From: an uncultured delta proteobacterium
Lineage (GTDB): Bacteria > Desulfobacterota > Desulfobacteria > Desulfobacterales > UBA2156
Assembly: GCA_963736855.1 (NCBI GenBank)
Contig: CAVTQK010000009.1
Span: 96,001 to 160,000, forward strand
Reading direction: 5' to 3'
Length of the DNA: 64,000 nt
Part shown: one piece after another, positions 39,833 to 48,998 of the stretch
Numbering within the stretch: position 1 is the stretch's first letter
Layout of the letters: each line of letters opens with the position of its first letter
Program-made: the position numbers and the translations under genes
Notes under the pieces: model-generated
The model's input: the letters and a program-made list of their open reading frames with translations, nothing else
The model's database searches: none
Told to the model about the DNA's origin: nothing

Positions 39833-40378
39833 TCACGAAAATCGGAAGCAACGAAGACCCTGATCCAGCGCCTTGGCATCCTTCAAAATTGCCTCGAGCA
39901 TTTTCCAGAAGCGCAAGCCGTGATTCTTGACTCGGGTATGGACAAGCTCGTGCAATATCACATAATCGATAAGTTTTTCCGGGAGCAGAGAAAGGCGGAT
40001 ATTCAAACTGATGTTGTTTTTTCCGGAGCAGCTTGCCCAGAGGCTTTTCTGATTACGAATAAATGCGCGGTGATAATCCAGCCCGTGAAGGCGGGAAAGC
40101 GCATCGAGACGGCTCAGGAGCCGTTTCCGTGCCGATCTTTCATCCAAGACAGCTGCAGAGTCCAATACTTGGGTATGCCTCAGTCGGGTCAGTTGTTTGG
40201 CAATCCAGCCCCTTTTCGATTCGACAAACGCTTTTGTCCGGCTGAAAGATTCGCCGAAAGGCACCGTCACCCGAACCGTATCCGGATCGCACACCAAGAT
40301 GCGGATCCGCCTGGCTCGAGGGCTCCGCCGGAGCATCACTGCACCGATACCCGCAAGTTCGACGATTTTTTCGCTCAT
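39833..40378 (-). CDS. YgjP/DUF45-type metal-dependent hydrolase
   Basis: RNQKSLWASCS and DYVILHELVH..NHG..FW motifs. Confidence 0.9.
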   Translation of the reverse strand: MSEKIVELAGIGAVMLRRSPRARRIRILVCDPDTVRVTVPFGESFSRTKAFVESKRGWIAKQLTRLRHTQVLDSAAVLDERSARKRLLSRLDALSRLHGLDYHRAFIRNQKSLWASCSGKNNISLNIRLSLLPEKLIDYVILHELVHTRVKNHGLRFWKMLEAILKDAKALDQGLRCFRFS

Positions 40379-40489
40379 CCGATTAAACGGCTAAAAAACG
40401 GTTTGGATTCATCGGAAAGATACCTTACAATCGAAAACAGATCAATCGAATTCCGGGGTTGGTGAAATAGAAGAGAAAAGGATTACACC

Positions 40490-41935
40490 ATGAAAAAAAG
40501 AGCGGACATCGGTGTCGTCGGGCTGGCGGTGATGGGAGAAAACCTGGTCCTGAACATGGAAAGCAGGGGATTTACGGTGGCCTGTTATAACCGAACGATA
40601 AACAAGGTGGATGCTTTTATCAAAGGACGTGCCTTGGGGAAAAACATCATCGGCTGTCATAGCATCGGTGAATTGATCGGGACGTTGACCCGACCGCGAA
40701 AGGTCATGTGCATGATCCGGGCAGGATCGGCCGTGGATGCCTTTATCGCATCGGTTACACCCTACCTGGAGGCGGGAGACATCCTCATCGACGGCGGAAA
40801 CTCCCATTTTCAGGACACGATCCGCCGTCTGGAAGAAGCGGAGCGCAAAGGGCTTCAGTATGTCGGTGCCGGAATATCCGGCGGCGAAGAAGGTGCCCTT
40901 CTGGGACCGTCCATCATGCCCGGCGGTTCAGCGGCCGCATGGGAAGCGATCCGGCCGATCTTTCAGAAAATCTGCGCCTACACCGACGACGGCAAGCCCT
41001 GCTGCGACTGGGTGGGCGAGAGCGGTTCGGGCCATTTCGTGAAAATGGTTCACAACGGCATCGAATACGGCGACATGCAGCTTATCTGCGAGGTCTATCA
41101 GATTCTAAAAGATGGCCTATGTCTTTCCAACGAAGAGATGCAAAAAGTCTTTGCCGGGTGGAATCAAGGCCCCCTGAATTCCTATCTGATCGAAATCACG
41201 GCCGACATCCTCGGCTATAAGGATGAACAGGGTGAAGCGGTGATCGATAAAATACTCGACACGGCAGGCCAGAAAGGGACCGGCACGTGGACAGTCGCCT
41301 CGGCTCTGGATCTCGGTCAGCCGCTGACCCTGATCGGAGAGGCGGTTTTCGCCCGATACCTGTCCGCACTCAAAGATGAGCGCGTGGCCGCGTCCCGGTT
41401 GCTCACAGGTCCACACGTAGGTTTTATCGGCAACCGGACGGCTATGATCGCGGATCTCGGGGAGGCGCTCTACGCTTCCAAGATCGTCTCCTATGCGCAG
41501 GGTTTTCAAATCATGCGCGCCATGGCAGTTGAACGGGGATGGAGATTAGACTACGGGGGGATCGCCCAGCTTTGGCGGGGAGGATGCATCATCCGTTCGG
41601 TCTTTCTTGAAAAAATCAGGGAAGCCTTCGCCGCCGATTTCGACTTTTCGAATCTCTTGCTCGCTCCGTTCTTTCAACAGGCCATTGAAAAGGCACAACC
41701 GGGTTGGCGGCGTGCGGTTGCTGCGGCGCTGCAATGGGGCATTCCCATACCGGCGATCAGCGCGGCACTGGCCTATTATGACGGTTATCGCGCCGCGAGG
41801 CTGCCCGCAAACCTTTTACAGGCGCAGCGGGATTATTTCGGGGCACATACCTATGAAAGGATCGATAGGCCGCGGGGTGAATTTTTTCACACCCGTTGGA
41901 AAGATCGCAGGGGGGCCACCTCATCTTCCGCCTAA
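40490..41935 (+). CDS. gnd: 6-phosphogluconate dehydrogenase, decarboxylating
   Basis: GLAVMGENL, IDGGNS, HFVKMVHNGIEYGDMQ, AGQKGTG and QAQRDYFGAHTY motifs. Confidence 0.98.
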   Translation: MKKRADIGVVGLAVMGENLVLNMESRGFTVACYNRTINKVDAFIKGRALGKNIIGCHSIGELIGTLTRPRKVMCMIRAGSAVDAFIASVTPYLEAGDILIDGGNSHFQDTIRRLEEAERKGLQYVGAGISGGEEGALLGPSIMPGGSAAAWEAIRPIFQKICAYTDDGKPCCDWVGESGSGHFVKMVHNGIEYGDMQLICEVYQILKDGLCLSNEEMQKVFAGWNQGPLNSYLIEITADILGYKDEQGEAVIDKILDTAGQKGTGTWTVASALDLGQPLTLIGEAVFARYLSALKDERVAASRLLTGPHVGFIGNRTAMIADLGEALYASKIVSYAQGFQIMRAMAVERGWRLDYGGIAQLWRGGCIIRSVFLEKIREAFAADFDFSNLLLAPFFQQAIEKAQPGWRRAVAAALQWGIPIPAISAALAYYDGYRAARLPANLLQAQRDYFGAHTYERIDRPRGEFFHTRWKDRRGATSSSA

Positions 41936-42687
41936 TCCGCCGGCCCCATTTGATTGATGAGACCGGCCTGGAACCCTGCGCCGAAACCGTTGTCGATATT
42001 GACGACGGATACTCCCGAAGCACAACTGTTCAGCATGGCCAAGAGGGCGGCAAGGCCGCCGAAGGATGCACCATAACCGACACTGGTCGGTACCGCGATG
42101 ATCGGGCACGAAACCAAGCCTCCCACAACACTGGCCAAGGCGCCCTCCATACCGGCCACAACCACCGTTACACGGGCTTTGAACAGCTTTTCCCGAACGC
42201 TGAGAAGGCGGTGAAGCCCGGCCACTCCGACATCGTAAATTCTTTGAACACGATTTCCGAGGACCTCGGCCGTTACGGCCGCCTCTTCTCCCACCGGAAT
42301 ATCCGACGTTCCGGCACAGAGCACGGCAATGTTGCCGGTCCTTTGGACGGCCCGGGGTTTGATGACGACGATTCGGGCCGTTTCGTGATATTCGCAGTCC
42401 TCGATAGTCTCGCGGATGCCTTCGTAAACGACTCTTTCAGCCCGCGTGGCCAGGATGTTGCGGTGATGCTGCATGATTCTTCCGGCGATCTCCCGGATCT
42501 GGTCGATGGTTTTCCCCGGGCAGTAGATGACCTCCGGAAAACCGGTGCGGAGGGACCGGTGCAGATCGATCTTGGCAAAATCGATGTCTTCAAAAGGCAG
42601 ACCCCTGAGTTGCTCCATGGCGGCCTCCACCGTAATCCGGCCGCTCCTGACGCCATCCAGGATCTGTTTAAGGTTTTCGATATCCAT
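41932..42687 (-). CDS. larB: Nickel-pincer cofactor biosynthesis protein LarB
   Basis: D.HR..RTGFPEVIY, AGTSDIPV.EEA, AGMEGAL, PTSVGYG and VVNIDNGFGAG motifs. Confidence 0.95.
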   Translation of the reverse strand: MDIENLKQILDGVRSGRITVEAAMEQLRGLPFEDIDFAKIDLHRSLRTGFPEVIYCPGKTIDQIREIAGRIMQHHRNILATRAERVVYEGIRETIEDCEYHETARIVVIKPRAVQRTGNIAVLCAGTSDIPVGEEAAVTAEVLGNRVQRIYDVGVAGLHRLLSVREKLFKARVTVVVAGMEGALASVVGGLVSCPIIAVPTSVGYGASFGGLAALLAMLNSCASGVSVVNIDNGFGAGFQAGLINQMGPAD

Positions 42688-43541
42688 TTGGCGATTCCTT
42701 TTCTTTGTCGGTAACAGCCCGGTTGAGGTTCCCCGTGGAATACCCTTCAAAATCGAGGGCTACAAATAAAAATCCGATGGATTTGAAATAATCTACCACA
42801 CGCACCCTCATTTCTTTTTTAAGGAGTTTGATCATATCCTTAGGCGGGACTTCGATTCGCGCGATATTCCCATGATGCCGAACCCGGACCTGTCCCGAGA
42901 TGTTCCATTTCAGTAAAAAGTTTTCCCCCTGGTCGATCTGCTCAAGTTTTTCCGGGGTTATGGGTTGATCGTAGGGAATGCGCGAAGCCAGACAGGCGCA
43001 GGACGGCTTGTTCCAGGTGGAAAGCCCGAATTTCTTGGACAGGCTTCGGATCCGGGCCTTGGTGAGACCGGCCTCGCGGAGGACACTTCTCACTCCCAGT
43101 TCCCGGGCGGCGATGGATCCGGGACGATAATCTTTGGAGTCATCGGCATTTTCACCATCCAGGACAAAATGAAATCCTCGAAAAGCAGCAAGGTCCACCA
43201 GGCTTTTAAAGCGATTTTTCTTGCACCAGTAACATTTGTCAGGGGGATTGGCCGTGAAACTGCGGATCTTCCATCTCATGGCTTTTCACGAGCAGATGTT
43301 CGACGCCGATTTCCCGAGCGATCCGGACGGCGGCCTCCTTTTCGCGTTGCGGCAAAATCTCAGAGACCGCGGTGACCACCAGTACGTTTGCTTTGGACAA
43401 GGTCTCTACGGCGGCGTGCAGCAAAAAGGTGCTGTCCACACCCCCGGAAAAGGCGACAAGCACCCGTCCCATCCTCTTTAAAAGGTTTGCCAGGTTCCGG
43501 TACTGTGTTTCGATTTTGTCGTCGGATTTTGCTTTTGGCAT
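42668..43541 (-). CDS. larE: ATP-dependent sulfur transferase LarE; one frameshift near 43257
   Basis: PP-loop AFSGGVDS, NPPDKCYWCK, DYRPG and PSCACLASRIP; an extra T in CAG-TTTC-ACG joins the two ORFs. Confidence 0.9.
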
Positions 43542-43705
43542 CTGCTTCTCGAAGCTTCAGCTTTTCCGCACGGACATTTCTCCTTTGTGCAAAAAAGCGG
43601 GTTCTTTCCTCCCTATTTTTCGTGATATTATCAGAAAATGCGTTTGCAGAAAAGCCGGGAAGACTGAATGAGTTTGAAAATCAAGGTTTGGATCGCATAA
43701 AGAAC

Positions 43706-43733
43706 TTGCAAATATAAAATGAATTTCTATAAT
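43706..43733 (+). promoter_or_regulatory. Candidate sigma70 promoter for the thioesterase gene
   Basis: TTGCAA-N16-TATAAT. Confidence 0.45.
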
Positions 43734-43870
43734 GCAGACTCATGATCAGAGGCCGTTTTGCCCTGCTCATTAAGAAATCATTTAACATCTTTAAGGCGGT
43801 CATCATAACCCGAATCCCCTCTCAAACCCTTTGAGCAATCTGATCGGATCCGATAAATCGTCCCTCTAAT

Positions 43871-44314
43871 ATGAAAGCGTTATCTGAAAAAATTAAAAAA
43901 GAAATCCTTACCCGGATCCAAAAGATTCCGATCGTCGATACGCTTCAGATCCGGGTTGTTTCCTTTTCCGACGGATATTGTGAAACGCGGGTGGCCCGCA
44001 AGCAGGACTATGACGGGGTTTTTGAATCTTTTCACGGCGGGTTGCTGATGACCATCGCCGACAGCACAGCCTGTTTTGCCATATTGACCCGGACAGGGCC
44101 CGCAACCCGATTGACAACCACGGACATGAGCATCCGGTTTCTGGCCCCCTGTTTGACGGATGTCACCGCAAAGGCGAAGGTGATTAAATTCGGAAAGACC
44201 TTGTGTCCGGTTTCAGTGGATCTTTTCGATACGGCGGGAACCTGCGTCGCCGTCGCCCAGGTTTGCTATATGCTTCTGGGTGATGCTGAAAAAATAAAAT
44301 CTTTAAAAAGCTAA
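43871..44314 (+). CDS. PaaI-family hotdog thioesterase
   Basis: FHGGLLMTIADS and TTDMSIRFLAP motifs. Confidence 0.9.
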   Translation: MKALSEKIKKEILTRIQKIPIVDTLQIRVVSFSDGYCETRVARKQDYDGVFESFHGGLLMTIADSTACFAILTRTGPATRLTTTDMSIRFLAPCLTDVTAKAKVIKFGKTLCPVSVDLFDTAGTCVAVAQVCYMLLGDAEKIKSLKS

Positions 44315-44388
44315 AAGCGTATCAAAACGGACATCCCATGTGGCAGCTTTTTTAATACAGGCGCAGGATCATCAAAAAGCCGACACCG

Positions 44389-44727
44389 CTAAGGTTCATC
44401 GCCTGTCAAACCCAGCTTATCCGGCCTTCTTTCTATTCGATCGATGATAGCATATGGGCTGTACTCGGTTTTTCTGCCAAGCAGCGTCTCTACTCTTCCC
44501 TGAATCTCGATTCTTTGCTGGTTTGAGTGCCAATTATTCCAATCTTCCTCTGTATCCCATGCCCGAACAACAAGATATTCTTCCGGACGATCAAGATGCC
44601 TCCAGGTTTCTTCGTATTCGAAACCCGGTTGAACCATGGCCATCTTTCTCAATTGAATAATCAGGGGCATGACCGATGACTCTTTTTCTGGGGTCAAAAT
44701 TCTCTTGCTGACGATTTTTACTCCCAC
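44389..44727 (-). CDS. Antibiotic biosynthesis monooxygenase (ABM) domain protein
   Basis: GTG start after GGAGGA; AMVQPGF..EET...YLVVRAW...W..W..N pattern. Confidence 0.8.
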   Translation of the reverse strand: MGVKIVSKRILTPEKESSVMPLIIQLRKMAMVQPGFEYEETWRHLDRPEEYLVVRAWDTEEDWNNWHSNQQRIEIQGRVETLLGRKTEYSPYAIIDRIERRPDKLGLTGDEP

Positions 44728-44845
44728 CGGATCCTCCTTTTCATGCAAAATACCCTGTTATCATTCTTTTTTTCTATACCTTGTCATGTTTTTTATGCAG
44801 CTGCAGGGTAAAGAACATCAGTCCGGAATTTTCATGGCCCGGGTG

Positions 44846-45499
44846 TCAATCCAGAAGATCGAGAATCTTCATCGGCTCATCTATCAAGACTTTGGATCCG
44901 CTTTCCCTAAGTTCCTCTGCCGGCCGGAATCCCCAGCAGGCTCCGACGGGAAACATGCCGGCGGCAATAGCCGTTTTCATATCCACGGCGCTGTCGCCGA
45001 GATAAAGAAAATCGGAAGGCGCCAAATCAAGATTTCCTGCGATTTCAAGAGCCCCGTAAGGATCAGGCTTTGGAGGGACACCCGGTCTTTGCCCCAATAC
45101 GGCGTGAAACTTCCAATGCGGCAAGAGTCTGGCCACAACCGTTCGGGTGAGATCATGGGCTTTGTTGGACAGCACGGCCAGTTTCAGGCCGCGATCGATA
45201 AGACCATCGAGCATGTCGGCGATCCCGGGATAAAGTTTGGTTTTCCGATCCCAGTGTTGCCCATAGTCGGACCGGAAGATCTCCATGCATCGATCAATGG
45301 TTTCCGACGTGCGTTTATGTTCCGGTAAAGCCCTAGTCATAAGCTTGAGGAAACCGTCGCCGATGAAAAGTCGGTACGCATCCATTTCATGAATCGGAAA
45401 CCCTTGCCCGGCCAGTGTCCGGTTGACGGCATCCCCGATATCTTCGAGGGTGTTAAGCAGGGTGCCGTCCAGGTCGAATACGATACCTTTAAAGCGCAT
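44846..45499 (-). CDS. HAD-family hydrolase (phosphoglycolate phosphatase-like)
   Basis: FDLDGTL, LSNK, KPDP and YLGDSAVD motifs. Confidence 0.93.
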   Translation of the reverse strand: MRFKGIVFDLDGTLLNTLEDIGDAVNRTLAGQGFPIHEMDAYRLFIGDGFLKLMTRALPEHKRTSETIDRCMEIFRSDYGQHWDRKTKLYPGIADMLDGLIDRGLKLAVLSNKAHDLTRTVVARLLPHWKFHAVLGQRPGVPPKPDPYGALEIAGNLDLAPSDFLYLGDSAVDMKTAIAAGMFPVGACWGFRPAEELRESGSKVLIDEPMKILDLLD

Positions 45500-45567
45500 G
45501 ACTCCCGATTTCAAAAAAGCCGTCAAGCATCCGGATCCATGCTTATGCTATCGGCCAGCTCTGTTTC

Positions 45568-45819
45568 TTAGCCTTTCTTCCTAGTTCTTGGCGCATGAGC
45601 ATGGATAATAAGATTCAGAAACATGTCTACCACGGCAGATTTTGGGTGCTTCATCAAATAGGCTTTCATCACGGCCCGATCTTCATCGGAAGATTTCTTG
45701 TGAAACAGGATATCGCCTACGGACAATTGATTGGTTGCGGATCCGATCGACAGGGAAACGTTTTTATCCTTCAATTGTGTTTCAGATACTGCGTAAATCT
45801 CATTCTTGCGGCTTGCCAT
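45568..45819 (-). CDS. Hypothetical protein (83 aa)
   Basis: RBS AAGGAG and ATG; co-oriented with its neighbours. Confidence 0.55.
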   Translation of the reverse strand: MASRKNEIYAVSETQLKDKNVSLSIGSATNQLSVGDILFHKKSSDEDRAVMKAYLMKHPKSAVVDMFLNLIIHAHAPRTRKKG

Positions 45820-45882
45820 GGCGTTCTCCTTTGTGGGGTCAAATTATTTGGGAAAACAATGAGCTTATGAACATCCTTTTTT

Positions 45883-46041
45883 TCATAGCATCTTTTTATT
45901 CCAAATCTCAAGTAGATTGAAGGGAAACGAAATGACTCTGGTCCCGGCGGCAAGCCGTTCATCCCTGACGCGCTGGGCGGCATTCCTGACAAAGTCGGCC
46001 TTCATGCCGATCTGCCAGTCCGTGGTGTGAAGAAATTTCAT
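45883..46041 (-). pseudogene. 5' remnant of an SbcD/Mre11-type metallophosphoesterase nuclease
   Basis: Manual translation MKFLHTTDWQIGMKADFVRNAAQRVRDERLAAGTRVI, then loss of similarity and a stop after 52 codons. Confidence 0.7.
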
Positions 46042-46071
46042 GTCTTTTGGCTGAAGACCCGTTGCAAAAAA

Positions 46072-46419
46072 TCAAAAGGTAATGATTTCATATTCTTGTT
46101 CCCGGTACCGGGCCATGCCGGGATGTCCGCTCATGTCGTCCAAAAGCGCAAATCCTTCCTTTTTGACGTCATCCAGGGTCCCCATTTTGCTGGAGCAGGC
46201 CTTGCAGGCACCCTCGATGAGGCCGAGTTCCTTCGCCTTTTTGTAGAGCCCATGTATAGGATTTCCCTCTTTAGCCAGATCCGGGATGAGTCGCGTGGCG
46301 GATCCTTCGATCACGATTTTAACGTCATAGCCTTTGGCCTTCATGTCCAGGGCATTCAAGAGGACATGGATGAAACACATGAATTCGCCGTTAAACGCAA
46401 ACAAGGCTGCTTTTTTCAT
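46072..46419 (-). CDS. DsrE-like small protein
   Basis: FAFNGEFMCFIHVLLNALD, IEG.AT, ACKACS and SGHP motifs; RBS GGAGG. Confidence 0.8.
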   Translation of the reverse strand: MKKAALFAFNGEFMCFIHVLLNALDMKAKGYDVKIVIEGSATRLIPDLAKEGNPIHGLYKKAKELGLIEGACKACSSKMGTLDDVKKEGFALLDDMSGHPGMARYREQEYEIITF

Positions 46420-46456
46420 GACTGTACCTCCAGGGTTTTCGGTTTCGTCGTCTGAT

Positions 46457-47755
46457 TCATTCCGGAAGCAAATCGTAGAAGTAATGCATGACATCCGAGC
46501 GGGAGATGATTCCGATTAATTGCCCGTTATCCACCACCGGCAGACGCCCCACGTCGTGTTTGACCATGATCTGGGCGGCCTGCATAGGGCTTTTCCCCGG
46601 CTCGATGATTTGCGGATTCACCGACATAAATGTTTTCACCGGCCTTGTGAGTTGAGATTCCTTCTTCAACCGGCTGAAATCCCGGCGGGAAATCATGCCG
46701 ACGACCTGACCGTTTTCGACCACCGGGATTCCGGTGACACCTTTCTTTCGCAGGATCTTGGCCGCTTCCTCCATGGTGGTGTAAGGCGAAATCGTCCATA
46801 CCGGGAACGACATGAGATCGCTGATTTGCACCGACGCCTGCTGATTGCCTCTTATCAGCTCAAGGATCCACTGCTCCACGGCATCCGGATTGACATCCTT
46901 TAGCTGGACCGAGGCGGCCCGGGGATGGCCTCCGCCGCCCATGCTGCGAAGGATGGAACTCACATCGAGTTCGGCGGACTGACTGCGGCCGATGACGATG
47001 CATCGGTGCTTCCCGATATCATTGAAAAGACCGAACGCGGCGTCCACGTTCATGATTTCCATATACATGCGGACGACCACCGCCAGATTGTCGATGTGTC
47101 CGTCGATGAGGACTTTGCTGATGCTGATGTGGTGTCCTTTGACCTTGCTGCGCCTGGCGTGCTGAAGCATCTCAAACAGAATCGCTTTATGCTTCTGGCT
47201 GTAAGCCGGTTTCAGGAAGGTGCTCAGGATACTCAGATCCGCATGGTTCTCCAGAAGCCATCCAGCGGCATGAACATCTTCCGCCGTGGTGGAAGGAAAG
47301 GTGAGATGCCCAGTGTCTTCATATATTCCCGTAAGGAGGAGGGTGGCCTGTATGGGCGTAAGGGGGATGTGTCGGTTTTTCATCTCCCGCACGAGAAGCG
47401 TGGTCGCAGCGCCGATGACTTCCCGGCGCTCCATCGAAGCCTGAATCGACCCCAATTCGTTATGATGGTCATAGATAAATATTTCCAAACCTTCGCGGTT
47501 TTTCAGCGCATCCATCCGATCTAAGCGGTTCCAATTACAGGTGTCGACGACGATGAGCCGCGTTACCGCCTTTAAATCCACATCGTCGGGCGTTAGGATC
47601 GGAAAGAGATCTTTATGAAGGGATACAAAGGCCTTGACGTTGGGGTTCAGGGTCTTGGGAAGCACCGGCACGGTTTCGGGATAAAGCAGGGTGACGGCGA
47701 TGACGGAGGCCAACCCATCAAAATCGGTGTTTTTATGCGTCGTGACAATGTGCAT
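46457..47755 (-). CDS. DHH/DHHA1 phosphoesterase with a tandem CBS pair
   Basis: THKNTDFDG, VVD, YDHH, GIYEDTG and GGGGHPRAAS motifs; two C-terminal CBS repeats. Confidence 0.9.
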   Translation of the reverse strand: MHIVTTHKNTDFDGLASVIAVTLLYPETVPVLPKTLNPNVKAFVSLHKDLFPILTPDDVDLKAVTRLIVVDTCNWNRLDRMDALKNREGLEIFIYDHHNELGSIQASMERREVIGAATTLLVREMKNRHIPLTPIQATLLLTGIYEDTGHLTFPSTTAEDVHAAGWLLENHADLSILSTFLKPAYSQKHKAILFEMLQHARRSKVKGHHISISKVLIDGHIDNLAVVVRMYMEIMNVDAAFGLFNDIGKHRCIVIGRSQSAELDVSSILRSMGGGGHPRAASVQLKDVNPDAVEQWILELIRGNQQASVQISDLMSFPVWTISPYTTMEEAAKILRKKGVTGIPVVENGQVVGMISRRDFSRLKKESQLTRPVKTFMSVNPQIIEPGKSPMQAAQIMVKHDVGRLPVVDNGQLIGIISRSDVMHYFYDLLPE

Positions 47756-47919
47756 TTCGCTCGGCTTACGAAATATGCCAATCCCTTCGGGCGATGCTAT
47801 ACCACGGACCGACGCATTCCTTCAAGACACATGAAACGATTCGGTAAACCCTGCAGTTGCATAAAAACATGACAAGGAATAGAAAAAAAGAATGATGCAG
47901 GAGCGGATCAGGCCATTGA

Positions 47920-48777
47920 TCATTTTTTTGGAGCAGATAGAATGGTGCCGATCATGATGCTCCCCACGATCAAAAGACCCCCGAAAAGGGTTCGTAATCC
48001 AGGTCTTTCCCCCAGCAGCAGGAAGGCGAAGGCCGTGCCGTATACCGGCTCCAGCCCGGCAATGATGCTGGCGAGCTGAGTCTTGATGAACTTCAGACTC
48101 CGGATAAACAGAGCGTGCGACAAGGCCGTGCAAAATATTCCCAAGACCGCCAGAAGCATCACATCCTTTTGCGACAGAGAGAAGTCCAGGAAGAAGCAAA
48201 ACGGAAAGAGGACGGCGGCGGCCACTCCGTTCTGGTACCCGGCGATCACCAAAGGAGAATACGTCGCCACAAACTTGCGGTTGAGGATCGAAAGGAGCGC
48301 AAAAGACACACCGGAGGCCACCCCCCAAGCCGCTCCCCGGGTGATGTGATCGCCCAGATCTAACGACGGCACGATGCACCAGAGTCCGGTCAGAACTATG
48401 GCGGCGGTCAGGATGTCGATGGGTCGAAGCCTTTCTCTGAAAAACACGGGCTCCATGAAGGTCACAAAAATCGGAAAGGTTGAAAAAGTTAAAAGCCCCA
48501 CCGCCACAGTGGAGACCTGGATGGACTTGAAAAAGGCGATCCAGTGGCCAGCCAGCAGGATGCCCAGAAAGAAAAGGGCTAAAAAATCTCCCGGGGAGCG
48601 GGGACGGATGTCTTTCTTTAAAAAAAAGACAGTCGCCGAAAGCACCGCAAATGCAAAAGAGGTTCGTCCAAAAACAATAATCGACGACGGCGCGGCTACG
48701 AGCTTTCCGAACAATCCCGCCAGCCCGAAAAGAAAAACCGCAGCATGAATTTCGATCATTCCCGTAGAATTTTTCAT
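47920..48777 (-). CDS. DMT/EamA-family transporter
   Basis: About 10 TM segments; HWIAFFKSIQVSTVAVG and LEPVYG motifs. Confidence 0.9.
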   Translation of the reverse strand: MKNSTGMIEIHAAVFLFGLAGLFGKLVAAPSSIIVFGRTSFAFAVLSATVFFLKKDIRPRSPGDFLALFFLGILLAGHWIAFFKSIQVSTVAVGLLTFSTFPIFVTFMEPVFFRERLRPIDILTAAIVLTGLWCIVPSLDLGDHITRGAAWGVASGVSFALLSILNRKFVATYSPLVIAGYQNGVAAAVLFPFCFFLDFSLSQKDVMLLAVLGIFCTALSHALFIRSLKFIKTQLASIIAGLEPVYGTAFAFLLLGERPGLRTLFGGLLIVGSIMIGTILSAPKK

Positions 48778-48998
48778 GACTTTAGGTTTTTGGTTTTCAA
48801 AAAATGGATCATATTCGAGGGGTTTGAGATAGGCAAGGAAATAGCGCGTGCTTATCCGGAGGAGGCCGCAAAAGATGTGGATGGATCGTTTGACAGAGTT
48901 GGGAAATTCTCTTATTTTAAAAATTCTTTGTGCAAATGGATAGGTCCAAGACAATGTTATAGTTGCACGAGTTTCACAGGATAAAGGCTTTGGAAAAC

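Noticed and set aside
43236..43280. Programmed frameshifting in larE, the GGDEF gene or lnt
   Set aside because: The breaks are scattered single-base indels without canonical slippery heptamers or stimulators, so sequencing error is simpler.
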